A stretch of 64,000 nucleotides of DNA, taken from an uncultured virus (IMG/VR IMGVR_UViG_3300026321_000001). Lineage: Duplodnaviria > Heunggongvirae > Uroviricota > Caudoviricetes. Shown one piece after another: positions 12,901 to 21,067 of the stretch. The notes below the pieces were generated by a model. That model was not told the origin of the DNA. It saw only the letters and a program-made list of their open reading frames with translations, and ran no database searches. Location: IMG/VR virus record IMGVR_UViG_3300026321_000001. One strand, written 5' to 3'. How positions within the stretch are numbered: the stretch's first letter is position 1; every line of letters starts with the position of its first letter. The translations under genes and the position numbers were made by a program.

Positions 12901-14190
12901 GTTATAGTTTGGTTTGATATCACGAAACTCAACAACTTGATAGTTCTCTGTGATACTGTTACCATTAACAATAGGTGAACCCTTCACATTATTCATCAGC
13001 ATAAAGTTGCCGAGTTCAAATGGGATAATAGAGTTCTGTAATGCAACAGTTGTCCTTGATTTCTCTAGGTCAACATAGGTGGGAATAAGAGTTTCTGATT
13101 CATATCCTCTTACATACGCTTTACCTGGACCTACTTCAACTGAGAAGTGGGCAGTAGAAGACATTACACCGCCAGGAGATGTCTTACCAGGCAAATACAC
13201 CCCACCATTGATACCGTCGTTCCTGTGCTCTCTGACACGCACGTCAAAGTCTCTTACGGTATAGTCACCAGACTCATCAAATGTCCTACGGGCAAGTTCC
13301 CTTGCCATCTCATTATATGCAGTTCTCTCTACAAATGTTTCAATGTTAGAATTATTGATTCTTAACAGTTCAATAAAGTTCTTATCCGTATCATCGTCAA
13401 TAACTTTCTTAACAAGACTAGTTCTAATTCTAAATCTGTGTCCACCTGGAGCAGAGTAGTTAGAAGTACCAGTTGCATTGTCATTTAAACCAGGGTCATC
13501 TTCTGGAGTTACAATAGACTCGAAGATTTCTAGACCAACCCTATAAGATGGTGAGTTTGTATACTGATCAAGTATGATTGTTTGATCAACAACATCAACA
13601 AAATAACCACGAATGAAATAAACACCGTTAGTAATAGATGCAGTTGAACCTACAGCAGTAGAATTAGTAGGAAGTAACTGTGAGAATGGAGTTCCTATCT
13701 CAATCAAAGAACTACCATAAGTGATTTCAGACTCACATATTAACTGCTCATTATCTACAAAGCTTCCTGTAGAAGAATCTGCACCACCAGAAGTCAAATA
13801 CTTTACATATAATGTAATATAACCACGCTCAGAAGTATTAGCAGGGATGGAGAAAAGAATTTTTGCCTTAACACCAGTAGTCAAACCACTGATAATCTTT
13901 CCATCTAACTGTTCTCTATATTGCTCAACGTCTGCACCTAAGAATGATCCTTGAAGTATAACTGCTTTAGCATCTAGGTCATAACCTATTTGACCTGGGA
14001 TGACCATAGAGCCATCCTTAAACATATGCGAACCAAACGATTCAACCTGATTCTGCATCAGGGATTGCATAGTAGTAAGTTCTCTCGCTTGGATAGGATA
14101 TCCAGGACGGAACAGTACTCTATAAAAGTTATTCGCCTTATCGAAATCGTCGAAGTAGGGCGATATATTCAGATTGGTATTCTGTGGCAT
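6979..14190 (-). CDS. Large virion structural protein, VrlC/DUF4815-like (2403 aa)
   Basis: N-terminus NLN.SPYFDDFD...NFYRVLFRPGYPIQARELT..QS, plus FKNGFLVDDF and DPLAQSF motifs typical of this family, which lies next to gp8 in T4-like marine phages. Confidence 0.8.
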   Translation of the reverse strand: MPQNTNLNISPYFDDFDKANNFYRVLFRPGYPIQARELTTMQSLMQNQVESFGSHMFKDGSMVIPGQIGYDLDAKAVILQGSFLGADVEQYREQLDGKIISGLTTGVKAKILFSIPANTSERGYITLYVKYLTSGGADSSTGSFVDNEQLICESEITYGSSLIEIGTPFSQLLPTNSTAVGSTASITNGVYFIRGYFVDVVDQTIILDQYTNSPSYRVGLEIFESIVTPEDDPGLNDNATGTSNYSAPGGHRFRIRTSLVKKVIDDDTDKNFIELLRINNSNIETFVERTAYNEMARELARRTFDESGDYTVRDFDVRVREHRNDGINGGVYLPGKTSPGGVMSSTAHFSVEVGPGKAYVRGYESETLIPTYVDLEKSRTTVALQNSIIPFELGNFMLMNNVKGSPIVNGNSITENYQVVEFRDIKPNYNLTASGNIIGYGRVASFEYHNGTTVNAQATVFKAYVFDLQPLTLMKLSNAVTLAQGHVIRGRSSKAKAFVEADYNGVDLIKVYQVYGTFRDGEVIERDGVEIGTLSDYYKYEITDAKGITGKDPDTNAIIFAGDFLLDQETVIAGTNFNVSSSGATGTLTGTQSNFTLDIRPGDVLTVNGSDEQQIDLISIVSTNIDNQITSATSAAYSGNAIAAANYGFIVRRRPQIYDNETADLMIEMPKASIKSIADESAIVARAFDDITVTGANDFTISLPADEQFLAYDKDHYQLVSLAPTAGTVIDMESSHTFNTTGTPRTSLTVTGLTGVTSARLITSVSKNQAEKKLKNATEMEVMKVERTANSSDNIKYGLTYGSLYGTRIEDEEVSLGSTDVYRVHAVYESNDDNAAIIPHLTMQDATIFQKGTVIEGATSKAKARVVNFNSVSYVCHFVYENDNFFALGETITGFDAAGNVLMGLVNDADGSINNGSRNITDNFYLDPNQLGHYYDIGKLIRYSSASAPLRKLMIVFNRFTHEATGDYFAAQSYVGIDYSNIPSIQFNGETRELRDVLDFRPAVTPVLSGSGTVGSPYYVNCASLDFKDRGFSSGGVSNNATIIDIPKPESDFRCDYDYYVSRIDKLFLTDQQQFKIVRGVPGESDDIPANIDNAMLLATLYHEPYGYGPEGVHIVRENNRRFTMRDIGLIERRVDNLEYYTALNLLELETASLSVKDSDGFDKFKNGFLVDDFSSFDSAETLHEDFACAVSFAEGKLRASHYTTNVALQYSASGSSAVQIHNVGTLTLPYEEKAFIIQPYASRVENVNPFNVFAYIGRLDLFPSSDDWVDTRRAPDKVVNLEGDFTAQVQRFGGDTNTGFVPTQWNSWRTNWTSNSSRTDTRTMRRGSWPYIRRITTTTTNTTRSQTRSGIRTIITPRVDRQSLGDKTIERTVVPFIRSRNVAFKIQRLKPNTRFYSFIDNVDVNFYTTPRLIEVIKNPVDDTRTNNTPFVTGETVIGQTSGCRLKIVTPETGFDDGLSPYDQSELPTSYASTTPLLNIDTQTMSETVAGSFYGNPLETEILVGQTSGARAVVKTKRLIANTNGDMEGIMWIPNPGVSTNPRFATGTRVVRLTTSDTDSRIPGQVDSAASANYVASGVIETKQQTILAVRNADIVRDTVVSDRVVNDQSTATRDTGWYDPLAQSFLVESKGGAFLTGAELFFNTKDQRIPVSVQVREMANGYPTTKVLAFSDVTLLPSQINLSENGTVATKFTFNSPIYVTENREYCLVVLSDSNEFKLWISRMGEDDVTNDRTISEQPYAGVLFKSQNASTWTADQYEDLKFNLYKAEFPENTSGTAVFNNSELAIGNGGIAELRSNPIKTLKPQIKIILSDHTANYTIGAEVTQTDTSPVPSAIIRQVVQGVQGSSNSYLIVDDVNGTFREGVQSGANWIYRLVSSRSLGDLTLTGVTGTFNADDTLTNGTGATAMVTGWVSGTGVVSVKSVTGTFAVGDAITQDTDGSTTGSGTIASGGVSITGDDINDYPAAPISYYNQATEITVMHANHCMHDKGNNVKLDGVISEVAPTIIDSAYHTNGLTASDGVSGTFSLHINDASAFHTTINGAAVGTSNPGYLVIRDPEVGQKHYEIIEYSAISADGKIITLPSGSRGKAGTSALIHSSLSIVECYNLDGIPLVEINKLHTAIGSPTLDSYKVAVTSVSTNGITNGGSEITATQNVQFEQFYPQLQMNVFPETDVIPRLNAVSATSITDGNNIDEASFINDGVYLDCIANEDNYLTFPKLVCSKVNEDAKLSGSKSLTMQLLLSTANKNITPVVDTDRCSLITTSNRINNLTSTASNAEKNSGDLNDAVYITKVVNLLQPANTLKVMFEAWRHPDTEIYVMYRIQPVGTSLAFSEIGYTYFNGNGIEDKLVQKTEAYLLRDLEYTYSGSEFNVAQIKVIMTSKNQSYVPEIKNLRVMALSDL

Positions 14191-14195
14191 TGTTT

Positions 14196-15731
14196 TTAGA
14201 ACTCTACTACGATCTTAATATCCTCAATTTGGTCGCCAGCACGGGAGATTGCTCTCCTATTGTCTATGTAGATGACTTTACCTGAGTCCTTTTTCACTTC
14301 TGGTTTGGCGTAACCAGATGTAAATGACATACCAAGATCATATTCAGTGTTGTTAATAACACGTGTTGCTTCACCAGGAATAATTGGGAAGTTAATGTCT
14401 GGGTCGGCAGAGGTACCAGATCCAGATCCAACAACAGTATTACCTCCATCAAAGACAGTCTTATTACCAGAGATTTCAGGGAAGATACCATCAACTCTGT
14501 TCTGATAATATTTCAGAACCTTAGTTGTAGTATTCCAAGAAACAACTCGTCCTCTAGCAGTCACTTGCTGACCACCAATAGTACGAGTTTGAGTAATAAT
14601 TTCATCAGTGTTAAATGAACCTGTGAAATCTGGAGAGAAAATCACAGCGTTTGTAGCAGACAAGGTAATTGCGTCTGCCAATTCTTCTGTACCGTACTTA
14701 CTTGGATTAAGAGTCAATCCAATACGACGGTAATCGTTGTCAGTTGGGAAGTCACCTGATCCTTCATCATAGGTAAACTTCGTGTTAATCATTACACGAA
14801 AACCACCCAGTTCGATGGCTGGGTCTGATCCGTGTCCTCCCTTTGGAGCGATGATGACATCGATAGCACCGCCGCTACCAGTACCAGCACCAATACCATT
14901 AATCTCATCAATAATAACCTTACCAAAGGAATAATTAGAACCACCAGAGGTTACAGTAGCACTAACAATGCGACCGCCGTCCACAACGACACTGATCCTA
15001 CCGCCCGTGCCATCTCCCTTGATCGGGATATTTTCGTATGTACCATTGTTGTAACCAGAACCAGATGATTGTATAACCACTGTGTCAATCTCACCGCCAA
15101 CGGCATCAGATTGTACAGCAGTATCTTGTAACACAGGCATATAATCGCCTGAGAAGAATTTCAGTACCTGACCGACGGGAATAGTAAACATATACTTCCA
15201 GCGATAACCATCGGCGGTAGTAATAATAGAAGTACTAGTTCCAGTAGGTTCAACTGTTGAAGGCTTTCCGTTAGGGTCGGAAGGTGAGGTACCATTGTAA
15301 ATACACTTATACGCTTGATATGAAGAGTTAACAACATAGAAATCTGCGTCATAAAGTTTAGTAGCACCAGAAGAAGCAGTCTTACTGGATGAATAATCGT
15401 GACGATACATATCGTACACATAACCCAAACCACCAGTAGTTTGTTCTGGGGGTATCCAGTCGATACGACGTATAACCTGAACAGCGTCATTCGCTAGAAC
15501 ACGCTTCATCGAGATCATATCATCATAACTATCAGAAAACTCCTGAAAAGAATCTACAGGAGTAGGTGGGTTATTCTCATTATCCCATTCTTGAGGTCTG
15601 CCTATAAAAACATACAGACGATCACGATTCGCACCAGCAGCTATATCGCTCTGGTTCTTATCGGGACCTTCAAGCGATTTGATGAATTTTTCTGCGGTAA
15701 AAATCCTAAATTGATCGGTAAGTAATGCCAT
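14196..15731 (-). CDS. gp8: Baseplate wedge subunit gp8
   Basis: LYVFIGRPQEW, YDMYRHDY, FYVVNS.Y..YKC..NG, DGYRWKYMF and YIDNR..I.R..DQ.EDIKIVVEF motifs. Confidence 0.85.
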   Translation of the reverse strand: MALLTDQFRIFTAEKFIKSLEGPDKNQSDIAAGANRDRLYVFIGRPQEWDNENNPPTPVDSFQEFSDSYDDMISMKRVLANDAVQVIRRIDWIPPEQTTGGLGYVYDMYRHDYSSSKTASSGATKLYDADFYVVNSSYQAYKCIYNGTSPSDPNGKPSTVEPTGTSTSIITTADGYRWKYMFTIPVGQVLKFFSGDYMPVLQDTAVQSDAVGGEIDTVVIQSSGSGYNNGTYENIPIKGDGTGGRISVVVDGGRIVSATVTSGGSNYSFGKVIIDEINGIGAGTGSGGAIDVIIAPKGGHGSDPAIELGGFRVMINTKFTYDEGSGDFPTDNDYRRIGLTLNPSKYGTEELADAITLSATNAVIFSPDFTGSFNTDEIITQTRTIGGQQVTARGRVVSWNTTTKVLKYYQNRVDGIFPEISGNKTVFDGGNTVVGSGSGTSADPDINFPIIPGEATRVINNTEYDLGMSFTSGYAKPEVKKDSGKVIYIDNRRAISRAGDQIEDIKIVVEF

Positions 15732-15752
15732 TGGCTGCTTGTGCCTTCCTCT

Positions 15753-15760
15753 TATTTATA
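15753..15760 (-). promoter_or_regulatory. Late promoter TATAAATA for gp8
   Basis: tatttata on + strand, followed on the minus strand by GAGGAAGG SD-like sequence before the ATG at 15731. Confidence 0.75.
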
Positions 15761-15766
15761 CTGGGT

Positions 15767-17641
15767 TTAATCAGGCTCGTTTCTAACTGCTGAAGGATAC
15801 TCAATTCTTAGAGTAGTTCCTATAGCACCAGTCCCTGCACCAGTGATTAATTCATTTGAATTCCATAAGGAATTGCCATTATTTTCTACAATTGACTTAA
15901 CAGTCAATGTCTTAGTTGCTGAGTCCCAAGCTTCAACTGTTCCAGTTATACCTGTGATAGAACCTGTTACGGTTTCATCAACGTTATAATACTGAGCAGC
16001 ACCTGGATCTAGACTACGGAAGATAAATTTAACTTTTGCATAATGTAGATCTCCATCACCAAGTGATCCAGCAACGGATACTGTGGGTGATAATGGAGGA
16101 GATGAACCATCAGTCATTTGGTCACCAACTGCAAACAGAGTCGTGTTAGTACCACCAAGGGTTTCTTCAATACCATAAAGTGATACTGCTATACCACCAT
16201 CTAGATTTATCTCACCTTCAAAATCTGTACCTGTGTTTATGATGTCAGGTATACCATCTCCAGCACCATCCAGTTCAAGAATATCTTCGAATGCTTTATC
16301 TGGAATCTCATTAAGTGGTACTGTTAAAGTTACAATGTTGTTTCCAACTGAATCAACAATGTTATGTGGAGCAACACCAGTAGCAGATGCGGATGAAACA
16401 CCACCACTAAAGTCAATCACCTGTGACTTAACTTGAGAAGAACCACCATCAATGAATGCTAATTCATCAACTTCGAATACAAGATACAATGAACGAGTTT
16501 CTGCAATCCAGTCATAAACACGAGCAATCTTATTGCTAGAGCTTTCAGTAGTTCTAGTAACTCTATCTCCTACATTAAAGTTGTATCCTGAGATACCACC
16601 TTGATCTGCAAGACCATCCAATACTACTTTCTGATCATATCTAAAGTTAAGGGCACGGTCACAACCAGTAAAGGATGTGAGTGTCTTTCCTGTATAACGA
16701 ATAACCTCCCTACCGACTAGGATTTTACCTGAGCCTGGATAAGGAGCAGTTGTCTGTACATATACAGTCTGATCATTCTCATCAAGATCTTTAAGAAGAC
16801 CTGTTATATCATAGAGTGTTGAGTTGAATGACTGTCTATTTCTAGACTCTTTTGTAAGGTCAGTGTTTCTAGTGAATAGAACTTGAGGATCTGAAGAGTA
16901 ACCACCACCAGGATTAGTGATGTCTATACTAGTAATAGCACCCAGATCAACTGTTGCCTGTGCTTTACCACCAGATCCACCACCACCATTTAATAGAATA
17001 ATAGGTGGAGTTTCATAGAACTCACCTTGATTAGATACGTCAATAGATTTAACGATACCAAATTCATCAACCTCAGTAACACCAGTGGCACCTTGACCTC
17101 CACCACCAGCGATAATAATATTAACATCACCTATCTCATAATTAGAACCAGCTTGTTCTAATGACAAACCAGTTACCAAACCTGTTACAGGACGTAGTTC
17201 AGCACCAGATCCACCACCACCCTTTATCTCAGCAGTAGTTTCATCAGAGAAGTACTCGTCTCCGTTAGATAATACTTGAATATATTGTATCGCACCAGCA
17301 GGTGCAACGATATTACCTTGAGAATCTAATTGATCTTCTTCCCATAATATTGCTTTTGCCTTAGCACCTACACCATTTCCTGCTGTAGTTATATCAATTC
17401 TAAAAGGATCATATCCTTCACCAGGATCAAGAACCTTGACAGCAGCAATCTGACCGTGTTCTATTATAGGTTCTAGAACAGCGTCACGAATTGGAGTACC
17501 GCAATTGGTTATCTTTAATTCAGGTGGATCAGAGCTGTTATAGCCAGCACCACCGTCCACCACATAAACGTCTCGAACACCAAAAATAGAGTTAAAGAGT
17601 GGTTCAATTTGCGCTCCTGATCCTGGGACTGTTCTGGTCAT
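15767..17641 (-). CDS. Virion structural protein (baseplate-associated, 624 aa)
   Basis: Repeated G.GY...P.I...GGGG.GA.A.A modules also present in the gp7-type protein; located inside the baseplate cluster. Confidence 0.7.
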   Translation of the reverse strand: MTRTVPGSGAQIEPLFNSIFGVRDVYVVDGGAGYNSSDPPELKITNCGTPIRDAVLEPIIEHGQIAAVKVLDPGEGYDPFRIDITTAGNGVGAKAKAILWEEDQLDSQGNIVAPAGAIQYIQVLSNGDEYFSDETTAEIKGGGGSGAELRPVTGLVTGLSLEQAGSNYEIGDVNIIIAGGGGQGATGVTEVDEFGIVKSIDVSNQGEFYETPPIILLNGGGGSGGKAQATVDLGAITSIDITNPGGGYSSDPQVLFTRNTDLTKESRNRQSFNSTLYDITGLLKDLDENDQTVYVQTTAPYPGSGKILVGREVIRYTGKTLTSFTGCDRALNFRYDQKVVLDGLADQGGISGYNFNVGDRVTRTTESSSNKIARVYDWIAETRSLYLVFEVDELAFIDGGSSQVKSQVIDFSGGVSSASATGVAPHNIVDSVGNNIVTLTVPLNEIPDKAFEDILELDGAGDGIPDIINTGTDFEGEINLDGGIAVSLYGIEETLGGTNTTLFAVGDQMTDGSSPPLSPTVSVAGSLGDGDLHYAKVKFIFRSLDPGAAQYYNVDETVTGSITGITGTVEAWDSATKTLTVKSIVENNGNSLWNSNELITGAGTGAIGTTLRIEYPSAVRNEPD

Positions 17642-17644
17642 TTA

Positions 17645-19306
17645 TCATTTTACGGTGATTGTGCCGTTCATAGCGGAGTGCGCTGTGCACTGATAATATA
17701 AGGTATTTGGTGCATCAAGTGGAACGGTTATAATTTGCATACCTGTGTTAGATCCAGAAACACCAGTTGTATACTCTGTACCAGATAGTCCAGAAGTAGA
17801 CTGTAATCTTAATGGATGTGATCCACCTGCTTGATTGTGTAAATCGTATGTGAATCCTCTATGGAATACTAATGCTGCATTAGATACGTTAGTTCCTAAT
17901 CCAGGTCCGTTCACTGTATATGCAGACGATCCTGATGAAGTGAACCTATAGAGCAATGTTGGAGATGGCTTATAGATGGTTGCATTATCGTGACCCTTGA
18001 TAATAGATGCACCAGCAGGAGCATTACCGATCTGAGTCTGGAATCCACCACCAACTTCAGTGAAGTTAGTACCATCGTTAGCAATATCAAAGGTACCGTT
18101 AGTACCGATCTTCATTCTCTTAGTACCGATCTTGATCTCACCATCAGCAGGGAGTTCAAGGTTACCACTAGAGTCAATTTTCAATTTTCTGGTAGAACTA
18201 CCAAATCTAATTTCTCCATCAGGAACCGTTAGGTTACCAGTTGAGTCCATTGCTAATTTGTGAGTAGTACCAAACTGAATCTCAGTATCTTGATCGAGAA
18301 CTAGGTTATCATTACCATCAAACTTCAATTGCTTCTTAGAACCAGAAGCACCAAAACGTAATTCTGAACCTGTAACTTCTAGGACACCCGAACCATCAAA
18401 GAATAGTTTGTTACCACTACCAAAGTCTAAATCTTGTGCTCCAATATCAACCTTACCAGTCTCATCCTCACTTAACAGTCTATTCTTAGAAGTGATCTTA
18501 ACTGGATTTGTTACAGACAATTCTTGAGATTGGTTAGCACCAGTAGCAGCTACTTGAATGTAACCACGTGCTGCACCTGCTTCAGCAGTGAATGAAGTAA
18601 AATCAACTTCTGCTTTGGCACCAGTTGAGTCTTCAATCTCTAGTTTGGTACCAGCCTTCATAGCATTGAAACGAAGTCTGAACTTCTCTTCTTGTGTAGA
18701 ATCTTCAGATGCTAATTTAGAAGCAACGGTACGAGTAGCACCAGTGTCAATACTATTAACTGTATGAGGTTGCTGCTTCTTACGTTGCATCTCCTGTGTC
18801 ACAGGATCAGTAGAGAGTGCAGTATCACCTAGCCAAAGAGAAGCGTTGACCAAGTAAGCATCCCTGAAACGCAATGTAGAAGAACCCAAATCAAATGCGT
18901 TATCAGTATTAGGTAGAAGATGAGTATCTATAACAACGTTACCTGATCCATTATTGGATAGATTGTTGATAGTTGAACCACCGCCACCACCACCTTGTAG
19001 ATCGTCGCCTGGCTGCCAGCGAGCATTTGCAGTATTCCACTTAAGAACCTGTCCGTTAGTAACCCCGCTAACGTCCACGTCAGTAAGATTCGATGCTGCA
19101 AGTTGTCCCTCCGTAAACGTACTACCATTCCATTTAAGAACTTGGTTCGTTGAGGGTGAATTAACTGTTATTTGAAGGTTAGTGTTATCTCCAAGAGCCG
19201 CATATAACTCATCTACAACGTTGTTGAGTTTAATAGCACCATCTCGTAAGGTATCACCTGTTCCGTCATTGGCACTTACGCCAATATTGAGGTTCTGCTT
19301 AGCCAT
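17645..19306 (-). CDS. gp9/gp10-like baseplate tail-fibre connector with C-terminal cupredoxin-like domain (553 aa)
   Basis: N-terminal KQNLNIG..ANDGTGDTLRDG..KLN is the T4 gp9/gp10 N-terminal motif. Also NGQVLKWN repeats and C-terminal HPLRL...LYYQCTAHSAMNG. Confidence 0.75.
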   Translation of the reverse strand: MAKQNLNIGVSANDGTGDTLRDGAIKLNNVVDELYAALGDNTNLQITVNSPSTNQVLKWNGSTFTEGQLAASNLTDVDVSGVTNGQVLKWNTANARWQPGDDLQGGGGGGSTINNLSNNGSGNVVIDTHLLPNTDNAFDLGSSTLRFRDAYLVNASLWLGDTALSTDPVTQEMQRKKQQPHTVNSIDTGATRTVASKLASEDSTQEEKFRLRFNAMKAGTKLEIEDSTGAKAEVDFTSFTAEAGAARGYIQVAATGANQSQELSVTNPVKITSKNRLLSEDETGKVDIGAQDLDFGSGNKLFFDGSGVLEVTGSELRFGASGSKKQLKFDGNDNLVLDQDTEIQFGTTHKLAMDSTGNLTVPDGEIRFGSSTRKLKIDSSGNLELPADGEIKIGTKRMKIGTNGTFDIANDGTNFTEVGGGFQTQIGNAPAGASIIKGHDNATIYKPSPTLLYRFTSSGSSAYTVNGPGLGTNVSNAALVFHRGFTYDLHNQAGGSHPLRLQSTSGLSGTEYTTGVSGSNTGMQIITVPLDAPNTLYYQCTAHSAMNGTITVK

Positions 19307-19330
19307 AGTAGGGGGGTTATTCTACAGTTT

Positions 19331-19337
19331 TATTTAT
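19331..19337 (-). promoter_or_regulatory. Late promoter-like ATAAATA
   Basis: tatttat on + strand overlapping the upstream stop codon, about 25 bp before the ATG at 19306. Confidence 0.55.
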
Positions 19338-21067
19338 GTAAGGTCGAATTCATAATTAGTTAGGTCAAAACGTACATTATTTCTAGTAAAGTCTGGATTC
19401 TGGTTGTCCCTATCAAATGGGACTGCCGTCATATCAAATCTACCAACAATACTATCCCATTTAAGAACGTTTGAAGTATCTGTTCCACCAGTACCACCAG
19501 TGACAGTTAGGATAACAAGATTGGATGCTAAAGGTGAGTTCTGTGCTTGCACAGGTGCACCAATAGGACCAGTAACGATACATCTGTATCGATAACCAGT
19601 CATATAAGCCAATGCTATTAATGAATATGATGCTGAGTTAGCACCAGTAATATTCGCCCAGGCAAAGCCTCCATCAGTAGAAACCTGCCATTGATATGCT
19701 TTAGTACCATCTTCAGGTTCAATTACAGCAATCAAACTAAAAGTTTGAGTACCACCATTAGCAATCGTGGCATTAGTTGGCTGGTTAGTAATAAGAATAC
19801 TTGGTGCAGCAGGTGGATCTCCACCACCATCTCCACCACCAGGATCTTGTGCCTGACCAATACCTTGATTCGCTGGTATATTTAGTGTTTCTTTTGAAGA
19901 AAGACCAAATATAAATGGGAACTTAGGAGTTAAATAACGATTGGGTCTAACAGTAATTACACTAGAAGCACCCATTCCTGAGTGAGCAGTGCAATAATAA
20001 TAGAGTGTTGATGGTGCATCAGATGCAACAGTTATCTCTGTCCAAGCACCAGCATTACCAGGAACGTTATTAGTTGTAACTCCAGTGGTGTATTCAGTTC
20101 CTCCACTATGAATTCCATCAGAATCAGCGGAGAATCTAAATGGATGTGTTAAATTAGTTGTATCGTGTTGAGTAAATCTATATGTGCTTCCCTTAATTAA
20201 TTCTAAATTAGGTGTTTCCACACCATCAATGAAGAACTTACCATTTGATGTGGTGACATTGTATGTCTTACTCTCCGTTTCATCGTTCCAAATTGTTACA
20301 AAGTAAGCAAAAGTACCGTTTGGATACTCAGGAGTATGACAATAGCGACCATTATAAACATCTAAATGCCTCCCAGGTTTGTCAACGTTGTATTCATAGT
20401 CCTCCATCAACGCACCCTTGGGTGGATTTGCTGTTGTAGTACCATATGCAGGTCTATTTACAGCAATTGATGCATTCATTTGATACCCTGTCTCCATTAT
20501 TACAACTGGAGATGTATTATCTTGAGGTAAATTGTATCCGTATGGACCATATACAGGATACCCATCAAATGATAAACCTAAAATCTTTGAGTGACCGTCA
20601 GGGTGACGCATATTGTCGCCAACGTACTGACTTAAACCATAGTAATCATTATAAGCACCCATCACCTGATTGGCTTTCCAGCAACTTATAAACTCACCAT
20701 CGTGATAATGGTATTGATCATTCTCATTAGGATGACCTCCACAACTATCTTCACCGAAATTAACCATCCCAAAGTTAGCAGTCGCTACCCAATGGAACCC
20801 TACAGGAGGACTACCAAGATCTCCAGCAGAAGGATTGAAGAGTGCAACACCATTTGCTGCTATACCAACAATACCTAATGGATAACTTTGACTTGTTTGT
20901 GTATTATCTCCACCCCTATATGTAAAAGCGTGACTGAAAGTGTAAGTCGCTATTTCATTAGGGTTGTTTGCATTAGGAAATGTCCCACTAGTAACGGGAT
21001 GAGGTAACCCATCACCCGTTACTGTGAGAATGTCATTACTTGGATTGTAACTACCGTTAGCTGCCAT
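19334..21067 (-). CDS. YHYH-domain structural protein with cupredoxin-like and Ig-like domains (577 aa)
   Basis: GIAANGV, D.CGGH....QYHYH, HSKILG..FDGYPVYGPYGY, LD.YNGR...TPEYP.G..AYF. Followed by YYYCTAHSGM and an ITNQP...YQWQ Ig-like domain. Confidence 0.8.
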   Translation of the reverse strand: MAANGSYNPSNDILTVTGDGLPHPVTSGTFPNANNPNEIATYTFSHAFTYRGGDNTQTSQSYPLGIVGIAANGVALFNPSAGDLGSPPVGFHWVATANFGMVNFGEDSCGGHPNENDQYHYHDGEFISCWKANQVMGAYNDYYGLSQYVGDNMRHPDGHSKILGLSFDGYPVYGPYGYNLPQDNTSPVVIMETGYQMNASIAVNRPAYGTTTANPPKGALMEDYEYNVDKPGRHLDVYNGRYCHTPEYPNGTFAYFVTIWNDETESKTYNVTTSNGKFFIDGVETPNLELIKGSTYRFTQHDTTNLTHPFRFSADSDGIHSGGTEYTTGVTTNNVPGNAGAWTEITVASDAPSTLYYYCTAHSGMGASSVITVRPNRYLTPKFPFIFGLSSKETLNIPANQGIGQAQDPGGGDGGGDPPAAPSILITNQPTNATIANGGTQTFSLIAVIEPEDGTKAYQWQVSTDGGFAWANITGANSASYSLIALAYMTGYRYRCIVTGPIGAPVQAQNSPLASNLVILTVTGGTGGTDTSNVLKWDSIVGRFDMTAVPFDRDNQNPDFTRNNVRFDLTNYEFDLT

